Part shown: positions 24,703 through 31,274 of the stretch, piece by piece
Layout of the letters: each line of letters starts with the position of its first letter
How positions within the stretch are numbered: position 1 is the first letter of the stretch
DNA from: Cupriavidus necator
Lineage (GTDB): Bacteria > Pseudomonadota > Gammaproteobacteria > Burkholderiales > Burkholderiaceae
Direction: 5' to 3'
Length of the DNA: 32,000 bases
Assembly (NCBI RefSeq): GCF_016127575.1
Contig: NZ_CP066019.1
Coordinates: forward strand, 1,980,001 to 2,012,000
The notes under the pieces: generated by a model
What the model saw: the letters and a program-made list of their open reading frames with translations, nothing else
Database searches by the model: none
What the model was told of the DNA's origin: nothing
Translations under genes and position numbers: made by a program

Positions 24703-25826
24703 GGCGCCACCTTGCCCAGGACTTCATCGCGATGCTCGTCAAGCAACGGCGGCAGGCCATAGCTCGGCTCGTAATCCGAGAAGCGGATCGGGCTTGCCAC
24801 CGCGCGCAGCGGCAACTCGCCCTGCCCCAGCGCCACGATCAGCGAGCGCGCAGCGGTGATGTCGCTGCCCAACGCCTCATTCAATGTGCCCACCTCCGAC
24901 ACCACCACGCCCTGTGGCCCCAGGCGCCGCACCCATTGCGCCGCCGGGGCGGAGCGCAGCACCTCGGCAATCTCGGGTATCACCTCGGCACGGTGCGCGC
25001 GGCGGCCCGCCATGGTGGCAAAGCGCGGATCCGTGGTCCACGCCGGCCGGTCCACCTCCTCGCAGAAGGTCTTCCAGAAGCGGTCATGGGTGATGAAAAG
25101 CGTCAGCCAGCCCTTGGCGGTCGGGAAGATCTGTGCGGGCACCAGGTAGGGATGCGACGAGTCGGCCAGCCGCTCGATGGTCTCCCCCGCGTTCAGGGCG
25201 GCCCCGGCAAGGTAGTTGAGCTGTGACAGCATCACGTCGTACATGGCCACGTCCACCTGCCCACCCCGCCCCTGCACGATCTTCGCAAGCAAGCCCACTG
25301 CGGCAACCAGGCCAGCCGAGTTGTCCACCGCCGAGTAGCCGGCCTTGGTGGGCGGTGCCGCCGGATCTCCCGTCAAGGCCATGACCCCGGTCATGGCCTG
25401 GATCACATAGTCGTATGCCGGGCTGTCCGAATAGGGGCCGTCAAGGCCGTAGCCGGTGACGGCCACGCAGACCAGCTGCTCATTCCACTGGCGCAGCACC
25501 TCGTAGGTGAGCCCGAGCTTGCGCACCGCCGCCGGACGCAGGTTGGTCACCAGCGCATGGGATTGCCGCAACAGCCGCCCGAGTGCCAGCGTCCCTGCCT
25601 CGCTGGCGAGGTCGAGCACCACGCTTTTCTTGTTGCGGTTCAGGCTGGCAAAGTAGGCATTGTGCGGGCCGATGAAATGGGGGCTGATGGTGCGGCCGAT
25701 ATCACCTTCCGGGGTCTCGATCTTGATCACCTCGGCGCCCAGGTCGGTCATCATCAGCCCGCAGTAGGGCCCGGCAAGCATGTGGCCGACTTCGATGATG
25801 CGGATGCCGGCAAGGGGCGCGCTCAC
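24699..25826 (-). CDS. Family III CoA-transferase (CaiB/BaiF/Frc-like)
   Basis: 375 aa with a GTG start at 25826 overlapping the upstream stop (GTGA). N-terminus 'PLAGIRIIEVGHMLAGPYCGLMMTDLGAEVIKIE' is typical of family III. Confidence 0.9.
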   Translation of the reverse strand: MSAPLAGIRIIEVGHMLAGPYCGLMMTDLGAEVIKIETPEGDIGRTISPHFIGPHNAYFASLNRNKKSVVLDLASEAGTLALGRLLRQSHALVTNLRPAAVRKLGLTYEVLRQWNEQLVCVAVTGYGLDGPYSDSPAYDYVIQAMTGVMALTGDPAAPPTKAGYSAVDNSAGLVAAVGLLAKIVQGRGGQVDVAMYDVMLSQLNYLAGAALNAGETIERLADSSHPYLVPAQIFPTAKGWLTLFITHDRFWKTFCEEVDRPAWTTDPRFATMAGRRAHRAEVIPEIAEVLRSAPAAQWVRRLGPQGVVVSEVGTLNEALGSDITAARSLIVALGQGELPLRAVASPIRFSDYEPSYGLPPLLDEHRDEVLGKVAP

Positions 25827-26239
25827 GCCAGGCTCCTGCCCAGATTGCTGACCACCGTCTCCAGCGGCATGTCGGCGGTAAACACAGCGGTGACCCCCAG
25901 CGTCCGCAGGAAGGGCTGGTCCTCGGCGGGAATGGTGCCGCCGACAAAGACCTTGATGTCATGCGCATTGAGTTCGCGCAGCTGGGCGATGACCTCCCCC
26001 ACCAGCTCCTTGTGGCTGCCAGACAGGATGCTCAGGCCGACTGCGTCAACGCCCTCGTCGACAGCGACCTGCGCGATCTGCAATGGGCTGCGGCGCAGGC
26101 CGGTGTAGATGACTTCGGCACCGGCATTGCGCAACGTCAGCGCGATGATCTTCGCGCCGATATCGTGGCCGTCCAGGCCGGGCTTGCCAATCAGTATCCG
26201 CTTGCCGGACAACGCGCCGGCGGCTTGCAAGGTGTTCAT
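25823..26239 (-). CDS. B12-binding small subunit of a split acyl-CoA mutase
   Basis: ATG 26239 gives 138 aa. Cobalamin-binding DxHxxG motif (GLDGHDIGAK) and 'GLSILSGSH'. ATGA overlap with the large-subunit stop (26236-26239). Confidence 0.9.
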   Translation of the reverse strand: MNTLQAAGALSGKRILIGKPGLDGHDIGAKIIALTLRNAGAEVIYTGLRRSPLQIAQVAVDEGVDAVGLSILSGSHKELVGEVIAQLRELNAHDIKVFVGGTIPAEDQPFLRTLGVTAVFTADMPLETVVSNLGRSLA

Positions 26240-27861
26240 AGGTTCACCGGCTCCTTGAATTCGCCCCATTGCTGCTTCAGGCAAGCCACCATCTCTCCGA
26301 CCGTGGCATAGGCATGGCAGCAATCCACCAGATAGGGCATGACGTTCTCGCTGTCCCTGGCGGCCGCGGCCGTCAGCCGGGCCAGCGATGCGTCCACGGC
26401 TGACTGCTGGCGCGTATCCAGCACGCGCTGGAACTTCTCCAGGGCCCGCTGCGCGACGGTCGGATCCAGCGTGAACACCTCGCCGACCCGGATCTCCTCC
26501 CCCTCCTTCCTGAAGTGGTTCTGGCCGACGATGACGGTCTGGCCGGAATCGGTGTCCAGCTTGCGCTGCAGGCCCCGCTCGGCCAGCCGCATCTGGATCC
26601 AGCCATCCTCGATGGCAGGGATCACGCCGCCGTACGCCTCGATCTCGTCCATCACGTGGACGATCTGCGCCTCCATCCGGTCGGTGTGCTGCTCCAGGAA
26701 GTAGCTGCCGCCCAGCGGATCGACGGTCCGGCCGATGCCGCTTTCATAGGCGATGATCTGCTGCGTGCGCACGGCCAGCTCGGCGGAGAACTCGGTCGGG
26801 ATCTGGAAGGCCTCGTCGAAGGCACAGGTGAAGATCGACTGGGCCCCGCCCAGCACCGCGGCCATGGTCTCCACCGCCACCCGCACCACGTTGTTGTAAG
26901 GCTGGGGCGCCACCAGCGACGATCCCCCGCAGACGACCCCGAAGCGGAAATGCTGGGCCTTCGCATCCCTGGCGCCATAGCGCTCCTTCATCAGGCGCGC
27001 CCAGAGCCGGCGGCCCGCCCGGAACTTGGCGATCTCGTCGAAGAAGTCCATGTGCACGTAGAAGAAGAAGGACAGGCGCTTGGCAAACTTCTCCACGTCG
27101 CCGCCCCGGGCACGCAGCTCGTCCACATAGGCCAGTCCGTTGGCCAGGGTGTACGCCATTTCCTCGGCCGCGGTGGCCCCCGCGTCGCGCACATGGGCGC
27201 CGGCGATGCTGATGGGGTTGAAGCGTGGCGAGACCTCGTTCGAATAGAGGATCGAATCGGCGATCAGCCGCATCGACGGCCGCACCGGGAAGATCCAGGT
27301 GCCGCGCGCGACGTACTCCTTCAGGATGTCGTTCTGGATCGTGCCGGTCAGCTTGCTGCGCGGCACGTTCTGCTTGTCTGCGACGGCCAGGTACATGGCA
27401 TAGACGATCGCGGCCGTACCGTTGATGGTGAACGAGGTCGAGATCCTTGACAGGTCCAGGCCGTCGAACAGGATCTCGGCCTCGCTCAGGTTCGACAGCG
27501 ACACGCCGACCTTGCCGATTTCCGGCCGGGCCATCGGGTGGGTCGGATCGAAGCCGCATTGGGTCGGCAGGTCCAGCGCCACTGAAAGGCCGGTCTGGCC
27601 CTGCGCCAGCAGGAACTTGTAGCGCTCGTTGGACTCCTCCGCGGTGCCGAATCCCGAGTACTGGCGGATGGTCCACAGCCGGCCCTGGTAGCCATCGGGA
27701 AAGATGCCGCGCGTGAACGGGTAGCTGCCGGGGTCCCCGATCTTGTCCGGATGGACCGCCGCCGCATCCACGCTCGCCGGAACCTCGATGCCGCTCTGGC
27801 TGACCGGCCGCAAGGCCGGCTCGGCGCCCGCATCCGTCATGGACAGCTCAGCGTTGCTCAT
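26236..27861 (-). CDS. Adenosylcobalamin-dependent acyl-CoA mutase, large (substrate-binding) subunit; methylmalonyl-CoA-mutase family, divergent
   Basis: ATG 27861 (SD GGAGG upstream; ATGA overlap with the crotonase stop) gives 541 aa. Family motifs YPFTRG, WTIRQYSGFGT, GLSVALDLPT, GTIQNDILKEY, PYNNVVR. Confidence 0.92.
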   Translation of the reverse strand: MSNAELSMTDAGAEPALRPVSQSGIEVPASVDAAAVHPDKIGDPGSYPFTRGIFPDGYQGRLWTIRQYSGFGTAEESNERYKFLLAQGQTGLSVALDLPTQCGFDPTHPMARPEIGKVGVSLSNLSEAEILFDGLDLSRISTSFTINGTAAIVYAMYLAVADKQNVPRSKLTGTIQNDILKEYVARGTWIFPVRPSMRLIADSILYSNEVSPRFNPISIAGAHVRDAGATAAEEMAYTLANGLAYVDELRARGGDVEKFAKRLSFFFYVHMDFFDEIAKFRAGRRLWARLMKERYGARDAKAQHFRFGVVCGGSSLVAPQPYNNVVRVAVETMAAVLGGAQSIFTCAFDEAFQIPTEFSAELAVRTQQIIAYESGIGRTVDPLGGSYFLEQHTDRMEAQIVHVMDEIEAYGGVIPAIEDGWIQMRLAERGLQRKLDTDSGQTVIVGQNHFRKEGEEIRVGEVFTLDPTVAQRALEKFQRVLDTRQQSAVDASLARLTAAAARDSENVMPYLVDCCHAYATVGEMVACLKQQWGEFKEPVNL

Positions 27862-28637
27862 TGGGCCCTCCTGGAGAGGATGCCCTCGGCAGCGTTCCAA
27901 TGGTCCGCATGGAGCCAGGTATGCAACAGTTGCTGCTGCTCGATGGTGCGGGCAGCGTCATGCGACTCGCCGCGCCGGCTGGCCGCGGTCTGCGCCTTGA
28001 TGCCGCGCAGCACCTGCGGGGCGCAGCCCAGCAGCGGTTGCAGGAAGGCGTGGATGTCCTTGCCGGCGGGTCCGTCCGTGACCACCGCATCGGCCAAGCC
28101 CCACTGCAGCGCCTGCTGCGCATCGACAAGCTCGCAACGGCTCATCATGCGCATGGCCCGCGCCGCGCCGACGATCCGGCACAGGTCGGGGCCGCCGCCC
28201 CAGGCCGAGGTGATGGCCAGCCGCGCCTGGATAAAGCCGATGCGCGCGCTCGCCGACTGCAGCCGCATGTCGCAGGCCAATGCCAGCTCGGCGCCGCCGC
28301 CGATGGCATCGCCGTTCAGGTAGGCCAGCACCGGCAGCGGGCAGTCGCGCACCGCATCCAGGGCACCGCGCGCCTGCTCGCTCATGGCCAGCGTAGCCTC
28401 CCGGTCGCGCACGCCGGACAGCTCGACCAGATCGCCGCCTGCCGCAAAGAAGCGCTGGCCGGCGCCGGTCAGCACGATGCAGCGCACCCCGGGCTGCGCC
28501 GCCGCGGCGCTCACCACCTGCGCCAATCCCGCCAGCACGTGGCGGGCCAGCGCATTGTGTTTCTGCGCCCGGTCGATCGTGATCCATAGCGCGCCGCCGG
28601 CGCGCTCCTCCACGGTGATGTCCTTAGCTGCGTACAC
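27858..28637 (-). CDS. Crotonase-superfamily (enoyl-CoA hydratase/isomerase/decarboxylase-fold) protein
   Basis: 259 aa with a GTG start at 28637 and SD GGGAGG 9 nt upstream. Oxyanion-hole segments 'FFAAGGDL' and 'NGDAIGGGAELALACD'. Confidence 0.9.
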   Translation of the reverse strand: MYAAKDITVEERAGGALWITIDRAQKHNALARHVLAGLAQVVSAAAAQPGVRCIVLTGAGQRFFAAGGDLVELSGVRDREATLAMSEQARGALDAVRDCPLPVLAYLNGDAIGGGAELALACDMRLQSASARIGFIQARLAITSAWGGGPDLCRIVGAARAMRMMSRCELVDAQQALQWGLADAVVTDGPAGKDIHAFLQPLLGCAPQVLRGIKAQTAASRRGESHDAARTIEQQQLLHTWLHADHWNAAEGILSRRAQ

Positions 28638-28815
28638 GCTGTTCTGCCTCCCGACTGGTTTGAATGGATGCTAGGCGGGGGTTTATTCCGGCACAAGAAC
28701 GCTAGTTCCGTATCTCGAACAAATGAGTACAATGCAGCGGAATACGGCCACGCCGCCGGCGTTTGTTCAGCCGGCCGAATTTCTTCCAGCCAGGTGCAAG
28801 CGAAAGGAGGGGACT

Positions 28816-29574
28816 ATGTCCGGCGTCACGGTGACCGCCATCGAGCGGGTGATCGATATCCTTGAAGCCTTCCAGGCAAACCAGCGGCCGCTGTCGCTGA
28901 CGGAGCTGGCGGAGGCGATAGACATTCCCAAGAGCACCTGCCACGCCATCGTCTCGACCCTGATGGCACGCGGCTACCTCTATTCCCTCACCCGTCCGCG
29001 CGCGCTCTATCCCACCCGGCGCATCTATGACGTGGCGCGCGACATCACCGAGAAAGACCCGTTCGTGGAACGCGCCACGCCGGTGCTGGAGCGGCTGCGC
29101 GACGCCACGCGGGAAACCGTGATCCTTGGCAAGCGGCAGGGTGAATCCGTGATCTACCTGCAGGTCATCGAAGGCGTGCACGCGATCCGCTACACGGCCA
29201 AGCCGGGGGAGTTCAAGCCGCTGCACTCGAGCTCCATCGGCAAGGCCATCCTGGGCGGCCTGAAGGAGCAGGAGCTGCGCGGCTGGCTGGCCGGCCGGGA
29301 ACTGCCCGCCATCACCATGGCCACCAAGACCGACCCAGAGGCCCTCGTGCGCGACATCCAGGAAAGCCGGCGCGCCGGCTACTTCGTCACGCGCGGCGAG
29401 AACGTCAGCGACGTCTGGGCCGTCGCGACCTTCCTCACGTTGAACAATGAGACCCTGGCCATTGCCGTGGCAGGGCCGAAGAACCGGATGGAGACGTGCA
29501 TCCCTGAGTGCGCGAAAGTGCTGGTGGCCACCTGCAGCTTCCTGTCGCGGCAGGTGGCAGGCAACCACGCGTGA
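28816..29574 (+). CDS. IclR-family transcriptional regulator (divergent from the mutase operon)
   Basis: ATG 28816 preceded by AAGGAGGGG. wHTH 'IERVIDILEAFQANQRPLSLTELAEAIDIPKSTCHAIVSTLMARGYL' plus an effector domain. Confidence 0.88.
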   Translation: MSGVTVTAIERVIDILEAFQANQRPLSLTELAEAIDIPKSTCHAIVSTLMARGYLYSLTRPRALYPTRRIYDVARDITEKDPFVERATPVLERLRDATRETVILGKRQGESVIYLQVIEGVHAIRYTAKPGEFKPLHSSSIGKAILGGLKEQELRGWLAGRELPAITMATKTDPEALVRDIQESRRAGYFVTRGENVSDVWAVATFLTLNNETLAIAVAGPKNRMETCIPECAKVLVATCSFLSRQVAGNHA

Positions 29575-29587
29575 TGGCGCAGTGACG

Positions 29588-30205
29588 ATGAGCCGGCTCC
29601 GCTACGCCTCGCTCGATGCCCTGCTGACCGAAGTGCGGGCTTGCCGCGCCTGTGCGCCACACCTGCCGCTGGGCCCGCGCCCGATCGTGCGCGTCGGGGC
29701 CGACGCGCGCATCCTGATCGTCGGCCAGGCGCCGGGGATACGCGTGCATGAAACCGGCATTCCCTGGAACGATGCGAGCGGCGACCGCCTGCGGCAGTGG
29801 CTCGGGGTCGATGCCGCCACCTTCCTCGACGAATCGCAGTTCGCGATCATCCCGATGGGGTTCTGCTATCCCGGACGCGGCAAGAGCGGCGACAACCCGC
29901 CGCGCCGCGAGTGCGCGCCATTGTGGCTCGACCGGCTGCTGGCGCAACTGCCGTCGATCGAGCTGACCTTGCTGGTCGGCCAGTACGCGCAGCGCCATTT
30001 CCTCGGGGCGCGCCGCAAGCCGACGCTGACCGAGACCGTCAGGGCATGGAAGGACTACGCGCCCGGCTTCGTGCCGTTGCCGCATCCGTCACCGCGCAAC
30101 CAGCCGTGGTTCAAGCAGCATCCCTGGTTTGAGGACGAGGTGCTGCCGATGTTGCGTGAGCGGGTTGGCCGGCTGTTGCGGCACGGCCCTGCGCAATCAG
30201 GGTAG
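29588..30205 (+). CDS. Uracil-DNA glycosylase superfamily protein (Fe-S type, family uncertain)
   Basis: ATG 29588 gives 205 aa. CRAC near the N-terminus plus Cys93 and Cys109 (spacing like family 4/5 4Fe-4S UDGs). Motif 1 'IVGQAPG', motif 2 'HPSPRN'. Confidence 0.8.
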   Translation: MSRLRYASLDALLTEVRACRACAPHLPLGPRPIVRVGADARILIVGQAPGIRVHETGIPWNDASGDRLRQWLGVDAATFLDESQFAIIPMGFCYPGRGKSGDNPPRRECAPLWLDRLLAQLPSIELTLLVGQYAQRHFLGARRKPTLTETVRAWKDYAPGFVPLPHPSPRNQPWFKQHPWFEDEVLPMLRERVGRLLRHGPAQSG

Positions 30206-30248
30206 GCAGCAAGCGATACCCGCGCCACCGTCGCCTGGCCCGCTCACC

Positions 30249-31241
30249 TCATTCGCTGGCCGTAAAGCCCGAAGCCGCGACCACCGGTCCCCACTGCATG
30301 CGCTGCGCCTGGATGAGCTTGCGCAGGGCATCCCCCGGCTTGCCGTTCATCTCCATGCCCAGCGCCGACATCTTGTCGCGCACCACGGGATCCTTGACGG
30401 CGTCGAGCAGCGCTTTCTCGATCCTCGCCACCGTAGCCGGCGGCGTCCCCGCCGGCACAAAGGCCGAGTACCAGCCTGACGCCGTCTCGAAACCCGGCGC
30501 GCCCGCCTCCGCCAGCGTTGGCACATCAGGCAGCAGCGCCGACCGGCGGGTCCCGGTGACGCCGAGGAAACGGATCTTGCCCGCCCGGTACAGCTCCATC
30601 TGCCCCCCCACCGCATCGATACCCAGCGGCAGCGTGCCGCCGATCTCATCGGTCAGCATCATGACGGCGCCGCGATAGGCAGTGGGCAGCAACGGCACGC
30701 CAATCGACTTGCTGAGCGACAGCACCCCGAAATGAATGCTGCCGCCGAGCGTGACCAGCCCGACACCGCCCTTGTCCGGGTTGCGCTTCACCCATGCCAG
30801 GTATTCCGGCATGGTCCGATAGGGCTGGTTGACGCTGGCGGACGCCACCAGCGGCACGTCGGCCAGGTAGGCGACCGGAACCAGGTCCTTGTCGGGGTCA
30901 TAGGCCAGGCGCTTGTAGGTCAGCGGAAAGATGGTGAACGGCGGCGCGGGCGAGATCAGCACCGTCTTGCCGTCCGGCGGCGCGCGTTTGACGTTCTCCA
31001 GCGCCAGCCGCGCCGATGCGCCGGGGCGGTTCTCGACCAGGACAGGCGTATCGAGCGAAACACGCAGCTTTTCAGCAAGCGCGCGCGCGAAGATGTCCAG
31101 CGCGCCACCGGCCGCGAAGCCGACCACGATGCGCACGGGCGCGTCGCCGCTGGCGGGGGCAGCCATGGCAGGAACGGCACTGGCACCCAGGGCCAATGCC
31201 AGCGCGGCGGCCAGCCGTCGCAAGGGGTTCGGAAATAGCAT
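30249..31241 (-). CDS. Bug-family (TctC-like) substrate-binding protein
   Basis: 330 aa. Signal 'LAAALALALGASAVPAMA', 'PVRIVVGFAAGGALDIFARALA...VLVENRPGASA'. SD GGAG upstream. Confidence 0.9.
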   Translation of the reverse strand: MLFPNPLRRLAAALALALGASAVPAMAAPASGDAPVRIVVGFAAGGALDIFARALAEKLRVSLDTPVLVENRPGASARLALENVKRAPPDGKTVLISPAPPFTIFPLTYKRLAYDPDKDLVPVAYLADVPLVASASVNQPYRTMPEYLAWVKRNPDKGGVGLVTLGGSIHFGVLSLSKSIGVPLLPTAYRGAVMMLTDEIGGTLPLGIDAVGGQMELYRAGKIRFLGVTGTRRSALLPDVPTLAEAGAPGFETASGWYSAFVPAGTPPATVARIEKALLDAVKDPVVRDKMSALGMEMNGKPGDALRKLIQAQRMQWGPVVAASGFTASE

Positions 31242-31274
31242 ACGGATTACTCCGGTTGACGGCGGCGGATGCGC

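Noticed and set aside
28638-28815. Possible adenosylcobalamin riboswitch in the leader of the B12-mutase operon.
   Set aside because: The leader is at most 178 nt and is shared with a divergent promoter. I could not find a B12-box-like element (GCCACTG-type) or the extended conserved helices on the minus-strand transcript. A covariance-model scan (Rfam cobalamin family) would be the decisive test.
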